44,707 nt of DNA from Candidatus Staskawiczbacteria bacterium (GTDB lineage Bacteria; Patescibacteriota; Minisyncoccia; Minisyncoccales; Staskawiczbacteraceae), in assembly GCA_903854535.1 (NCBI GenBank), contig CAINWR010000037.1:1-44707 (forward strand), in the 5' to 3' direction. The position numbers and the translations under genes were made by a program. This document shows, piece after piece, positions 17,669 to 27,675 of this stretch (position 1 is its first letter; every line of letters begins with the position of its first letter). The notes beneath the pieces were generated by a model, which was not told where the DNA came from, searched no databases, and was given only the letters and a program-made list of their open reading frames with translations.

Positions 17669-17908
17669 ATGGACGGTGTAAATAGGATAAATATTAAAAT
17701 TGGAGCAGAGGTTGATATTGTGCTTAAAAAAGATCAGCCTACAGGAAAGTTAACACACGGAAAAGTTGGTAGGATTTTAACTGGCTCTCTGAATCATCAT
17801 AGGGGAATTAAAGTAATGCTTGAAGATGGGCAAGTTGGCAGAGTTCAAAAGATTTACCCTACATATGAAATAATTAATGGAGAAGAATGTATTGAAGGTT
17901 TAATATAA
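17669..17908 (+). CDS. YwbE-family small protein
   Basis: VDIVLKKDQPTGKLTHGKVGRILTGSLNHHRGIKVMLEDGQVGRVQKI matches the remembered YwbE pattern. Confidence 0.65.
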   Translation: MDGVNRINIKIGAEVDIVLKKDQPTGKLTHGKVGRILTGSLNHHRGIKVMLEDGQVGRVQKIYPTYEIINGEECIEGLI

Positions 17909-17936
17909 ATAACAAAACGTTTTGATTTGGAATAAT

Positions 17937-17962
17937 AACTGCACTTATGATGCAGTTTTTGT
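17937..17962 (+). terminator. intrinsic terminator
   Basis: aactgca cttatga tgcagtt followed by a T run. Confidence 0.6.
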
Positions 17963-17991
17963 TTGACAATATAGATAAAATATTTTATCAT
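17963..17991 (+). promoter_or_regulatory. sigma70-like promoter for 18036..18284
   Basis: TTGACA at 17963-17968, a 17-nt spacer, then TATCAT at 17986-17991. Confidence 0.5.
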
Positions 17992-18035
17992 ACAAAAGGG
18001 TTAAGTTTCATTTCTGCAAAAAAAATGGGGGCAAC

Positions 18036-18284
18036 ATGAGAGTTAGGATTTTAGACGATAATGGGATAAAGAGGCGCGTCCTTGTCCTTGCGGAAAGGGA
18101 CTTGGAACTTGAAAGAGTAATCAAGAAAGCTCGCCAAGCTGGAGCGATTACTTTGAGGGGTAGTAGGGAAATTTTTTGGATTGCTTTTAGCAAAGAGTCA
18201 AACTTTATTATTGATCTTGCTAGAAGTGAACTGAAAAGCCTTCTTTCTTCGCTTCGTGGTGCGAGGCGATTATTCGGAGAATAA
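18036..18284 (+). CDS. G+C-rich small protein, family shared with 6495..6749
   Basis: GGGGG lies 4 nt upstream of the ATG. The 82-aa product aligns without gaps with 6495..6749. Hairpins and a T7 run follow at 18290-18352. Confidence 0.6.
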   Translation: MRVRILDDNGIKRRVLVLAERDLELERVIKKARQAGAITLRGSREIFWIAFSKESNFIIDLARSELKSLLSSLRGARRLFGE

Positions 18285-18400
18285 AGAGTCGAGAACATGG
18301 ATGTTCTCAGGCGGATTGCGGGACCGTTTGGCACTTGTGTCGGCGGTTTTTTTCTTTTAATATTTTTGGTATAATAGAAATAAATATATTGAAATAAATT

Positions 18401-18589
18401 ATGACAGATTATAAAAAAGCAATTGAAATTTTATTTTCAATGCTGAAAAAATTTAAATTTACTAAACAAGAAAAAGATGCTATTATGACTGCAATTGGAA
18501 CGCTTGATTTTGGATCTTTGGCAAGAAGCAGGGCAACGAGAATAATTAAAAATAGACAAGACAAACGAAAAAGAGACTTAGAAATATAA
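18401..18589 (+). CDS. hypothetical small protein
   Basis: 62-aa ORF with host-like AT-rich composition. No family recognised. Confidence 0.4.
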   Translation: MTDYKKAIEILFSMLKKFKFTKQEKDAIMTAIGTLDFGSLARSRATRIIKNRQDKRKRDLEI

Positions 18590-18641
18590 ACGTAATATAT
18601 GTAGATTTAATAAAATTAAAAATAATTAAATATATCTAAAT

Positions 18642-18854
18642 ATGACAGGAGAAATAAAACATTTATATAGAAGTAGAAAAAATAGAATTTGGGCAGGAGT
18701 AATAGGTGGAGTTGGGGAATATTTTAATGTGGATCCATCATTATTGAGATTAATTTTTATTTTATTTTTATTTTTATCGGGATTTTTCCCCTTGTTCTTT
18801 GCCTATATTTTAGCTATGATTGTTATTCCAGAAGCTTTAAAAGAAATTAATTAA
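18642..18854 (+). CDS. PspC-domain membrane protein
   Basis: LYRSRKNRIWAGVIGGVGEYFNVDPSLLRLIFILF gives the PspC-domain pattern. Confidence 0.7.
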   Translation: MTGEIKHLYRSRKNRIWAGVIGGVGEYFNVDPSLLRLIFILFLFLSGFFPLFFAYILAMIVIPEALKEIN

Positions 18855-18862
18855 TTAAAATA

Positions 18863-19498
18863 ATGATGCAGGGAGATTTATTTGGAAAATCAAAACCAAA
18901 ACCAGTAGGTAACTTTCCCGGAACTTATTTGTTTTTTGATACAGAAACAACTGGCTTGCCTCGCAATTGGAATGCTCCAGTAACAGATTTGCAAAATTGG
19001 CCAAGATTAGTGCAATTGGCTTTTGTTTATTATAAAGATGGTTTTGAGATTGAAAGTAAGGATTATATTATAAAGCCTGAGGGTTTTGTAATACCAGATG
19101 ATACAGCAAAAGTTCATGGCATAAATACACAAATAGCAAATGAAAAAGGTGTGCCCTTGCAAATTGCTTTAAATGAATTTGCTAACTTGCTTGAAAAAAC
19201 AGATTTTGTTGTGGCTCATAATATGAGTTTTGATGAGAAAATTATGGGAGCTGAGTTTTTGCGTAAAAATATGATAAATTATTTGGATAAGAAGCAATTA
19301 ATTTGTACAAAAGAAATCTCTACTGATTTTTGCGCTATTCCAAGTAATAGTGGCTTTAAAGAATTTAAATGGCCAAAGCTTTCAGAGCTTCATGTAAAAT
19401 TATTTGGAGCTGATTTTACAAATTCTCATAATGCTTTTGGGGACGTAACAGCTACAGCTAAATGTTTTTGGGAAATGAAAAATAGAGGAATAATTTAA
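18863..19498 (+). CDS. DnaQ-like 3'-5' exonuclease
   Basis: Exo motifs FDTETTGL, VAHNMSFDEKIM and HNAFGDV. Confidence 0.75.
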   Translation: MMQGDLFGKSKPKPVGNFPGTYLFFDTETTGLPRNWNAPVTDLQNWPRLVQLAFVYYKDGFEIESKDYIIKPEGFVIPDDTAKVHGINTQIANEKGVPLQIALNEFANLLEKTDFVVAHNMSFDEKIMGAEFLRKNMINYLDKKQLICTKEISTDFCAIPSNSGFKEFKWPKLSELHVKLFGADFTNSHNAFGDVTATAKCFWEMKNRGII

Positions 19499-19617
19499 AT
19501 TGTAAAATTTATTCTAATTTTAAAGACTGCTTTTGGCAGTTTTTAGTTGTAGTTTATCCACTTGAAGTTGTGAAATATAGGGGGTATAATTATATAATTA
19601 ATTAAATTTTAAAACAG

Positions 19618-21957
19618 ATGGCTAAAAGAGATAAAGAAGAGAAAAAAATGCAAAAAAAGGTCAAAGATGATGGGAAACAAAAACCTGGGCTTTTGACAAA
19701 TCAAACCAAAAGGATAATTAAGGCTGTGTTGATGTTCTTAGCATCTTTGGTGATTGTGCTTAGTTTTTTTGATAAAGCAGGTAATGCTGGATCTATTTTT
19801 GTGAATATTTCCAAATTTCTAGTTGGTCAAGCAGCTTATTCTTTGCCGTTGTTTTTAATTTTGGGTGGATTGATTTTCTTAAAATCACGAAAAAAAGGCA
19901 GAAATTTAGCTATGTTTTTAGCTATTTTTATTTCTGTAGTTGGTATTGCTGGGCTTTTAAGCAATAATATAAAAGATTTTGTTGATATGGGTTGGGTTAC
20001 CAGATCTTTGCCAATTGAAAAAGGTGGGTGGTTGGGTTTCTTAATGGCTTGGGGTTTTGCTAAAACATTTGGTCCTTTAGTAGCTAATTTAACATTTGCA
20101 TCAGGACTTTTAATTGGCTTGTTTGTATTTTTACAATTTGTGTGGCAGGAGATTCCAAAAGAGAAATTAGAAGAAGAAAAGAAAGAAAAACAAAAAGAAA
20201 AATCAAAGTGGCCTTTAGTAGCTAATACTACGCTTTCTAAAGCAGAAGAAGAAGCTATTAAAACAAAACCTGCAGTAGTGGAAGAAAAGCCAGAGACTAA
20301 GCAATCTGCTGATGCAAAAATATCTTTGTTCTCAAGACAGAAAAAAGATGAAGAAGATGAGGAAAAAATTAAAGAGAAAAGAAATTTAGAACCAAAAGGA
20401 AATTATTCTCTACCTCCTTTGGATCTTCTTACTAAAAATGAATCTTCTCCAACTCCTGGGAATATCAAAGAAAACTCAATGATAATTAAAAAGACTTTTG
20501 AGAATTTTGGCATTCCTGTAGAAATGGCAGAAGTAAATGTGGGGCCTACTGTAACTCAATATGCTTTTAAACCAGCAGAAGGTGTAAAACTGTCTAAAAT
20601 TACTACTTTATCTAGTAATTTGGCTTTGGCTTTAGCAGCTCATCCAATTAGAATTGAAGCTCCAATTCCTGGTAAATCTTTAGTTGGTATTGAAGTGCCA
20701 AACAAGATAAGATCAATTGTTTCTTTGAGAAATTTAATTTCACAAAATGATTTTCAAAGCTCTGCTTCACATTTATTATTAGCTTTGGGTCGCGATGTTT
20801 CAGGCTCTCCAGTTTATACAGATGTTACAGAAATGCCTCATTTACTTGTGGCAGGAGCAACTGGAACTGGTAAAACAATTTTCTTAAATACCTTGATTTT
20901 AAGTTTGCTTTATAAAAGTACCCCTGAAAATTTGAGAATGATTATGGTAGATCCAAAGCGTGTAGAATTTCAAAATTATAATGATATTCCTCATTTATTG
21001 TGTCCTGTGATTTATGATGCTCAAAAAACAATGAATGCTTTGCAGTGGTTGACTCATGAAATGGAAAGAAGGTTTCAAGTATTTTCTGAAATTCCAACAA
21101 GAAATATTAAAACTTATAACCAAAATAAATCAGTAATTGCTTCTGGCATGCAACTTCCATATATTGTATTGGTAGTTGATGAATTAGCTGATCTTATGGC
21201 AGCAAAAGGCAAAGAACTTGAAGCTGGTATTGTAAGACTTGCTCAAATGGCAAGAGCTACTGGTATTCACTTAGTACTTGCAACACAAAGACCTTCTGTA
21301 GAAGTTATTACAGGTACAATTAAAGCTAATATTACTTCTCGTATTACATTCCAAGTAGCAAGTCAAGTTGACTCAAGAACAGTGCTTGATACTTCTGGAG
21401 CTGAGAAATTATTGGGAGCAGGAGATATGTTGTTTTTATCATCTAAATCGTCAAAACTAGGCAGAATACAAGGCCCATATATCTCTGAAAAAGAAGTTAA
21501 AAAAGTAGCTGATTGGGTAGCTGAGAATGGTAAAAATGTACAAGATCCTCAAACTGCTTTAGTAGATGCTCTTAAACAAAATCTTGAACACAACCCAGAT
21601 GCTGGCAAAGAAGGTGGAGGAGAAGTATTTTTTGGAGATAATGATCCTTTATTTGAAGATGTTAAAAAAATTGTTTTGGAAACTAAAAAAGCTTCAGCTT
21701 CATTTTTGCAAAGGCGCTTGAGAATTGGTTATTCTCGTGCTGCTCGCTTGATTGATATGCTTGAAGAGCAAGGTATTGTGGGGCCAGCAGACGGAGCTAA
21801 GCCTCGTGAAGTTTATGAAAATGCAGGTTCTATAAATTCAAGCTTGTCTAATAAATCTAACTCTCAAGAATCTGGTTTTGATGAATCAGAACAAACAGTC
21901 GAAGCTTCAGAAGATGCAGAAGAATCGGAAGAAGATAGCCAATGGAAAAAAGTTTAA
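19618..21957 (+). CDS. ftsK: DNA translocase FtsK/SpoIIIE
   Basis: N-terminal TM helices, a charged linker, Walker A GATGTGKT, VVDELADLM, a C-terminal gamma winged helix (SFLQRRLRIGYSRAARLIDMLE). Confidence 0.9.
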   Translation: MAKRDKEEKKMQKKVKDDGKQKPGLLTNQTKRIIKAVLMFLASLVIVLSFFDKAGNAGSIFVNISKFLVGQAAYSLPLFLILGGLIFLKSRKKGRNLAMFLAIFISVVGIAGLLSNNIKDFVDMGWVTRSLPIEKGGWLGFLMAWGFAKTFGPLVANLTFASGLLIGLFVFLQFVWQEIPKEKLEEEKKEKQKEKSKWPLVANTTLSKAEEEAIKTKPAVVEEKPETKQSADAKISLFSRQKKDEEDEEKIKEKRNLEPKGNYSLPPLDLLTKNESSPTPGNIKENSMIIKKTFENFGIPVEMAEVNVGPTVTQYAFKPAEGVKLSKITTLSSNLALALAAHPIRIEAPIPGKSLVGIEVPNKIRSIVSLRNLISQNDFQSSASHLLLALGRDVSGSPVYTDVTEMPHLLVAGATGTGKTIFLNTLILSLLYKSTPENLRMIMVDPKRVEFQNYNDIPHLLCPVIYDAQKTMNALQWLTHEMERRFQVFSEIPTRNIKTYNQNKSVIASGMQLPYIVLVVDELADLMAAKGKELEAGIVRLAQMARATGIHLVLATQRPSVEVITGTIKANITSRITFQVASQVDSRTVLDTSGAEKLLGAGDMLFLSSKSSKLGRIQGPYISEKEVKKVADWVAENGKNVQDPQTALVDALKQNLEHNPDAGKEGGGEVFFGDNDPLFEDVKKIVLETKKASASFLQRRLRIGYSRAARLIDMLEEQGIVGPADGAKPREVYENAGSINSSLSNKSNSQESGFDESEQTVEASEDAEESEEDSQWKKV

Positions 21958-22015
21958 TTAAAACTTGAGGTCACAATTTGTGACCTCAAGATAAATATTA
22001 TTAATTAGAAAAAAT

Positions 22016-23065
22016 ATGGTAAAAGAAAAAAAAGAAAAAAAAGAAGTTGAGACAAAACAATCAAAAGCTTTAACTCATGCTATTGATGAGATTAAAGAAA
22101 GGTTTGGGGAGGGAGCTATTATGACTATGCGTGAAGTGCAGGCTGTGAATGTAGATACAATTCCTACAGGGTCTATTGCAATGGATTTGGCTTTGGGAGT
22201 GGGTGGAATGCCAAGAGGTAGAATTATAGAAATTTATGGAGCAGAATCATCTGGCAAAACTACTTTATCTTTGCACGTGTTGGCAGAAGCTCAAAAGAAA
22301 GGTGGAGTATGTGCTTTTGTAGATGCAGAACATGCTATGGATCCAGATTATGCCCGCAGAATTGGAGTAAATGTGGATGATCTTTTAATATCTCAACCAG
22401 ATTCTGGAGAACAGGCTTTGCAAATTGTAGAGACTTTGGTAAAAACAGAAAATATTGATGTTATTGTAGTAGATTCTGTTGCAGCTTTGACTCCGCAAAG
22501 AGAAATAGAGGGTGAAATAGGGGATCAGCATATGGGTTTGCAAGCAAGATTAATGAGTCAAGCTTGTAGGAAACTTTCTGGGATTATGGCTAAAACCAAT
22601 ACAATGGTTATATTTTTGAATCAAACAAGAATGAAGGTTGGTATGGTTTTTGGAAATCCTGAAACTACTCCTGGAGGATTGGCGTTGAAATTTTATGCTT
22701 CAGTAAGAATAAATCTTACAAGAACAGCTCAGATTAAAAGTGGAGATGAAATAATAGGCAATAGAGTAAAGGCTAAAATAGTAAAAAACAAAGTAGCTGC
22801 ACCTTTCCGCACAGCAGAATTTGATATTTATTATAATGAAGGTATTTCAAAATCTGGAGATGCTTTAAGGGCTGGTCTTTTATCTGGTCTAATAAAACAA
22901 TCTGGAAGTTATTTTACTTTTGAAGGAGAAAAAATTGGTCAAGGTACAGAAGCTGTAAAAGCTTATTTAAGAGACCACAAAGATGTAATGGAGAAAATAA
23001 AAAAAGTAGCCTTGGAAGTTGCTAAAGCTCCAGCAGAAGCAAGTGATGCTGAAGAAAAAGAATAA
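22016..23065 (+). CDS. recA: recombinase RecA
   Basis: [25 protein letters not shown] and the L2 loop [20 protein letters not shown]. Confidence 0.95.
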   Translation: MVKEKKEKKEVETKQSKALTHAIDEIKERFGEGAIMTMREVQAVNVDTIPTGSIAMDLALGVGGMPRGRIIEIYGAESSGKTTLSLHVLAEAQKKGGVCAFVDAEHAMDPDYARRIGVNVDDLLISQPDSGEQALQIVETLVKTENIDVIVVDSVAALTPQREIEGEIGDQHMGLQARLMSQACRKLSGIMAKTNTMVIFLNQTRMKVGMVFGNPETTPGGLALKFYASVRINLTRTAQIKSGDEIIGNRVKAKIVKNKVAAPFRTAEFDIYYNEGISKSGDALRAGLLSGLIKQSGSYFTFEGEKIGQGTEAVKAYLRDHKDVMEKIKKVALEVAKAPAEASDAEEKE

Positions 23066-23074
23066 ATGTTGTAG

Positions 23075-23104
23075 AAAAAAATCCCCCTCTCGGGGGATTT
23101 TTTA
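23075..23104. terminator. bidirectional terminator (recA / rpsR convergent)
   Basis: aaaaaaatccccc tctc gggggattttttt. Confidence 0.8.
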
Positions 23105-23296
23105 TTTAACTGTGTAGGGGAGCAGGCCCATTTGGCGGGCTCTTTTGATTGCAGTAGCTATTTTTTTCTGATGAGTCATACAAAGCCCAGTTTTCTTTCT
23201 TGGTTTAATTTTATAAAAACCAGAAATATATCCAAGTAATAATTCTGTATCTTTATAATCTATCGTATCTATATTTTTTTGACAAAAATAACACAT
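23102..23296 (-). CDS. rpsR: 30S ribosomal protein bS18
   Basis: CYFCQKNIDTIDYKD...ISGFYKIKPRKKTGLCMTHQKKIATAIKRARQMGLLPY. Confidence 0.9.
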   Translation of the reverse strand: MCYFCQKNIDTIDYKDTELLLGYISGFYKIKPRKKTGLCMTHQKKIATAIKRARQMGLLPYTVK

Positions 23297-23304
23297 AATA
23301 ATTT

Positions 23305-23370
23305 AGTTGAAAGTTTATAAAGTTGAAAGTTCGAAAGTTCGGACTTTATAACTTTACAACTTGATAACTT
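23305..23370. repeat. imperfect long hairpin built from AGTTGAA/AGTTTAT-type heptamer repeats
   Basis: agttgaaagtttataaagttgaaagttcgaaagttc ggac tttataactttacaacttgataact, in the ssb-rpsR intergenic region. Confidence 0.6.
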
Positions 23371-23377
23371 TTTACTT

Positions 23378-23905
23378 TTAGAATGGTATATCTTTAACAT
23401 CTATTTCATCAGAAGCTATATCTGATGCCATGTCAGAGCTAGATGGCATAGAATCTGCTGGTGGAGTATAGTTTTCTTCAATTATTGGAATTTCAGGTTC
23501 TTTGGCTGGTTGTTTTTCTGAGGACGATCCAAATGATTTTGGTGTATAATTATTGTTACCTGCTGTATTAGTTCCAGATCCTCTTGGCCCTAACTGCAAA
23601 ACCTCTGCAATTATTTCTGTTTTCCAGTGTTTTTGTCCTTGTTGATCTTGCCAGCTTCTTGTTTTGATTCTACCTTCCACAAAAGCTAAAGAGCCTTTTG
23701 TTAAGAATCTTGAAGCAACATCAGCTAATTTGCCAAAAGCTACAATATTGTGAAATTCAGCTTCTTCTTTTTTTTGACCTTGTGAATCAGTAAAATATCT
23801 ATTGGTAGCAATTGAGAAAGAAACAACAGGTTGACCTGATGGTAGAGATCTTACTTCTGGATCTCTTGTTAAATTACCTAAGACGAATGCTTTATTAAAA
23901 TTCAT
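23378..23905 (-). CDS. ssb: single-stranded DNA-binding protein
   Basis: OB-fold N-terminus (NKAFVLGNLTRDPEVRSLPSGQPVVSFSIATNR), a disordered linker and the acidic tail DIPF. Confidence 0.9.
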   Translation of the reverse strand: MNFNKAFVLGNLTRDPEVRSLPSGQPVVSFSIATNRYFTDSQGQKKEEAEFHNIVAFGKLADVASRFLTKGSLAFVEGRIKTRSWQDQQGQKHWKTEIIAEVLQLGPRGSGTNTAGNNNYTPKSFGSSSEKQPAKEPEIPIIEENYTPPADSMPSSSDMASDIASDEIDVKDIPF

Positions 23906-23907
23906 AT

Positions 23908-23975
23908 TAGTTTGTAGTTGGTAGTTTGTAGTTGGTAGAGATTAAAAAATCTACAAACTACTCACTATAAACTAC
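23908..23975. repeat. imperfect long hairpin built from GTAGTTT/GTAGTTG heptamer repeats
   Basis: tagtttgtagttggtagtttgtagttggtagag attaaaaaat ctacaaactactcactataaactac, in the rpsF-ssb intergenic region. Confidence 0.65.
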
Positions 23976-24494
23976 TTACTCGCTAAGTATTTCGTCTAAT
24001 TTTTTATCAAGATCTTCAATTTCAGCTTTTTCTTTATTTTTCTCTGATCGAACCTTTTTAACAGTTGCTTTTTTCTCCTCTTTTACAGTTGACGGAGTAG
24101 GTTTTTGTTCGGTTATCTCTTCTGTGTTTTTTTCAACAACTGCTTCTACTGCTAATTCTGTTGCTGGTATTGGTTTTATTCTCTGTCTTCTTTCTTTGAA
24201 TTTTCTTGCAGGATTTTTAACTAAAATCATATGTCTTAGTAAATCTTTGTTCTCTTTTAATTTAGATATTATTTCTTCGATTATTTCTGGTTCTGCTTGA
24301 AACTCTAATATTGAGATAAATCCTGACCCAGATTTTTTTATTTGATATGACAATGTTTTAGCTATAGGTTTTTCTGATTTTAAAATTACGCCTCCATTTT
24401 TTTGGATTTGTTCTTCTAATTCCTTTGCTTTTGTTTGAGCTTCTTCTAATGTAATATTAGGAGAAACAATATATGTTAGCTCGTATATCTTCAT
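23976..24494 (-). CDS. rpsF: 30S ribosomal protein bS6 with a charged C-terminal extension
   Basis: It begins MKIYELTYIVSP and sits in the conserved rpsF-ssb-rpsR gene order. Confidence 0.85.
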   Translation of the reverse strand: MKIYELTYIVSPNITLEEAQTKAKELEEQIQKNGGVILKSEKPIAKTLSYQIKKSGSGFISILEFQAEPEIIEEIISKLKENKDLLRHMILVKNPARKFKERRQRIKPIPATELAVEAVVEKNTEEITEQKPTPSTVKEEKKATVKKVRSEKNKEKAEIEDLDKKLDEILSE

Positions 24495-24667
24495 TATTTT
24501 TTAAGTAAAATCTGGCAAAATCTTTAACAAATGTTGAAGATTTTAGCTCTGGATATGCAAAAATTGCATAGATTGTACTTTATTAATTGACTTTACTATA
24601 CCAAATGATTGCTAAAAAATCAAGGTTTTGTTATAATTATTTATAAAATTAATTAATTATTTAAGCT

Positions 24668-26002
24668 ATGAATACATCAATTTTTAAATCTTATGATATA
24701 AGGGGTATTTATCCCGAAGAATTAAATGCAGAATCTGCTTTTAAGGTGGGACAGGTTTTTGTAAGTCTCACAAAAGCTAAAAAAATAATTGTAGGCCGAG
24801 ATATGAGACTTTCTTCGCCAGAGCTCTTAGACGGCTTAATAAAGGGTATAACAAGCCTTGGTGCGGATGTTGTAGATATTAGGCAAGTAATGTCTGAAGT
24901 GGTTTATTTTGCTGTAGGGTCATCAAATTGCGATGCTGGAATTATGATTACAGCTAGTCATAATCCAAAAGAATACAATGGTTTTAAGATGCTTGAGAAA
25001 AAAGATAATTTAATTTCTATAATTCGTGGAAAAGATATGCAAGAAATTGCAATGTCAGAAATAAAACCCGTAGAAAAATCCGGGCAAGTTACGCAAAAAG
25101 ATTTTTGGCCAGATTATATAAAGCATTGTTTAAATATTGTTGATTTAAGTAAAATAAAGAAATTTAAAATAGTAGTAGATTCTGGCAACGGAATGTCTGG
25201 GAAATTATTTGAGCAAGTAAAAAACCAATTACCTGTAGAAATAATAAATATAAACTCAGAGCTCGATGGTAATTTCCCAGCTCATCCATCTAATTTTTTA
25301 GAGTTAGGTGCTACAAATCAAGTTGCAGAAGAAATAAAAAAACAAAATGCTGATTTTGGGTTTGTTTTTGATGGTGATGCTGACAGAGTACGTTTGTTAG
25401 ATGAAAATGGTCAATTGATAGATGGAGATATTTCCTTGATTTTTATGGCTAAATATTTTTTACAAAAAAATCCGGGTACAACAATAGCTTATACTGCCAC
25501 TTGTTCTAAGGCAGTTAAAGAATGGGTAGAAAAATGGGGTGGAAAAGTTGCTAAAACTCCAGTTGGGTTTGTAAATGTAAGAGATGCTATGATTAAAAAT
25601 AATGGATTGTTTTCTGGTGAGCATCCTTCTTCTCATTATTCGTTTAAAGATAATTTTTATTGCGATTCTGGGTTCTTGGCATTTTTATATTTGTTGATAA
25701 TTATTTCTGACTCTGGAAAAAAAGTTTCTGAATTAGTAAAAGAAATTTACCATTATCATAGAATCTCAGAGACCAATTTCAAGGTAGTTGATAAGCAAAT
25801 AATTTTAGATAAAATAAAACAAAAATATTCAGATGGCCAACAAGATTTTTTAGATGGTATTTCTGTTTATTATCAAGATTGGTGGTTTAATGTAAGAGCT
25901 TCCAATACAGAACCTTTGTTGCGTTTAAATATTGAAGCTAATACTTCAGAAATTTTAGAATCTAAAAAAGAAGATTTGACAAAACTTATTAGAGAGAGTT
26001 AG
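24668..26002 (+). CDS. phosphomannomutase/phosphoglucomutase
   Basis: Active-site loop TASHNPKEYNGFK, metal loop FDGDADR and C-terminal RASNTEPLLRL. Confidence 0.85.
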   Translation: MNTSIFKSYDIRGIYPEELNAESAFKVGQVFVSLTKAKKIIVGRDMRLSSPELLDGLIKGITSLGADVVDIRQVMSEVVYFAVGSSNCDAGIMITASHNPKEYNGFKMLEKKDNLISIIRGKDMQEIAMSEIKPVEKSGQVTQKDFWPDYIKHCLNIVDLSKIKKFKIVVDSGNGMSGKLFEQVKNQLPVEIININSELDGNFPAHPSNFLELGATNQVAEEIKKQNADFGFVFDGDADRVRLLDENGQLIDGDISLIFMAKYFLQKNPGTTIAYTATCSKAVKEWVEKWGGKVAKTPVGFVNVRDAMIKNNGLFSGEHPSSHYSFKDNFYCDSGFLAFLYLLIIISDSGKKVSELVKEIYHYHRISETNFKVVDKQIILDKIKQKYSDGQQDFLDGISVYYQDWWFNVRASNTEPLLRLNIEANTSEILESKKEDLTKLIRES

Positions 26003-26049
26003 TATAAATTTGGTTCTTTTTTTTGTCCAACAATTTTACGAGGTGCAAA

Positions 26050-26517
26050 ATGAGCATGTGTATTGATAAGTGTGGCAAAGATGCTGGTCAGGTGGGTTAT
26101 TTCTCTTTTGAATATGTGGGTTTAACATTTAAGGTATTCAAGTCTGGCTTGGTGTGTTCTGATTGCAAAAAGAAACGTATTTTGCGTCACTTTGAGGCAA
26201 TAAATAATTTTCTGATTCATGTAGAACACAGTCGAGCCAGAATAAATTGGGAAATTTATCATCATATTGATTCTGGCGAATACGGCATGAGTTATGATAT
26301 AGATTCGATCAAGAATTGTCTGATGGCGATTGGAGTTTTTTCATTTTCCATGGAAGGGAATTGGGAAATTTTTTCTGAAACAATTAGCCTTAATCCGCGC
26401 ACAAATGCAGGTGTTCTGTATTTCACGCGTCATGAAGACGCTCAGAAATACGCCAATTTTTATTTCATTGGTGCGAGGTTTAATTGGGCCATTAGGCAAA
26501 TCGCAGGGCAGTCGTAA
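26050..26517 (+). CDS. G+C-enriched hypothetical protein with an N-terminal Cys cluster
   Basis: GAGGTG lies 5 nt upstream of the ATG at 26050 (the track's 26023 start is TTG). It has CIDKC...CSDC. No family recognised. Confidence 0.55.
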   Translation: MSMCIDKCGKDAGQVGYFSFEYVGLTFKVFKSGLVCSDCKKKRILRHFEAINNFLIHVEHSRARINWEIYHHIDSGEYGMSYDIDSIKNCLMAIGVFSFSMEGNWEIFSETISLNPRTNAGVLYFTRHEDAQKYANFYFIGARFNWAIRQIAGQS

Positions 26518-26537
26518 AGAGTGTGGGGTGCAATAAA

Positions 26538-26571
26538 ACAGTCCTGTTATTTTTCAGGACTGTTCTTTTTT
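26538..26571. terminator. bidirectional terminator (26050..26517 / trpS convergent)
   Basis: acagtcctg ttattttt caggactgt followed by tctttttt. Confidence 0.75.
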
Positions 26572-27556
26572 ATATAAGTCCCATTTTTTCGCGAACTTCC
26601 TTCATTGTGGCCTCAGCTATCACGCGAGCACGTGCTTGGCCTTTTTCTAAAATTTCTTTTACATAAGAATCTTTTGTCTCAAACTCCTTTTTCTTTCTGC
26701 GAAATGGCTCTAAATAATTTATTACAACTTGAGCTAGAGATTTTTTAAATTCTCCATAACCCTTGCCCCTGAATTCTGTTTCTATATCTTTGATTGATTT
26801 TTCAGTTAGTAAACTATAAATTACCAGCAAATTAGAAATGCCTGGTTTTTTTGTTACGTTGTAAATTACATCTTTACCAGAATCAGTTTCTGCTGACATT
26901 ATTTTTTTGGTTATAGATTCTGGGGCATCAAAAAGTGAAATATAACTTTTTGGGTCATCTGACTTAGACATTTTTTTCTTAGGATCTGTAAGACTCATAA
27001 TTTTGGCTCCATATTCTGGCATTATGGAATCTGGTTCTGGGAAAAACTCTTCTTTATTTGAAAACTTTTGATTAAATTTTCTTGCCAAAGTGCGGGTGAG
27101 TTCTACGTGCTGTTCTTGGTCTTTACCCGTTGGTACTGCTTGAGTTTTGTAAAGTAAAATGTCAGCTGCCATTAAAACAGGATAGTTTAAAAGCCCTGCA
27201 TTAATGTTGTCTTTGTATTTTTTAGATTTGTCTTTGTATTGAGTCATTCTTTCAAGTTCACCAATTGGACAAATTGTATTGAGTAGCCAAGCAAGTTCTG
27301 CATGTTCTTTGACTTGAGATTGTACAAAAATAATAGATTTGTTTGGATCTATGCCAGCAGCTAAGTAAGCAATTAATTTTTCAGAAATAGATTTTTGTAA
27401 TTCTTGTGGGTTATAGGGGACTGTGAGAGCATGCCAATCTACAATACAAAAAATGCACTCATTTTTCTCTTGAAGATTTACCCATTGTTTTAAAGCTCCT
27501 AAATAATTTCCCAAATGTATGGCGCCAGATGGCTGTATGCCAGAAAATATTCTCAT
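26570..27556 (-). CDS. trpS: tryptophan--tRNA ligase
   Basis: HIGH-type motif GAIHLGNYLGA and KMSKS. Confidence 0.9.
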   Translation of the reverse strand: MRIFSGIQPSGAIHLGNYLGALKQWVNLQEKNECIFCIVDWHALTVPYNPQELQKSISEKLIAYLAAGIDPNKSIIFVQSQVKEHAELAWLLNTICPIGELERMTQYKDKSKKYKDNINAGLLNYPVLMAADILLYKTQAVPTGKDQEQHVELTRTLARKFNQKFSNKEEFFPEPDSIMPEYGAKIMSLTDPKKKMSKSDDPKSYISLFDAPESITKKIMSAETDSGKDVIYNVTKKPGISNLLVIYSLLTEKSIKDIETEFRGKGYGEFKKSLAQVVINYLEPFRRKKKEFETKDSYVKEILEKGQARARVIAEATMKEVREKMGLI

Positions 27557-27618
27557 AAGTTTGTTTGTTATTTATTTTTATTCTTAATCTTACCACTAAG
27601 CTAAAGTAGGGTAAACTC

Positions 27619-27646
27619 TTGACATTATATTACTATATGATATAAT
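27619..27646 (+). promoter_or_regulatory. sigma70-like promoter of DGR-1 target gene
   Basis: TTGACA at 27619-27624, a 16-nt spacer, then TATAAT at 27641-27646. Confidence 0.55.
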
Positions 27647-27675
27647 TAATAAATACACTCAGATGTTCTGTTTGT

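Noticed and set aside
18008-18334. 108-aa minus-strand ORF
   Set aside because: It is fully antisense to the SD-preceded, paralog-supported 18036..18284, which makes it a composition artefact.
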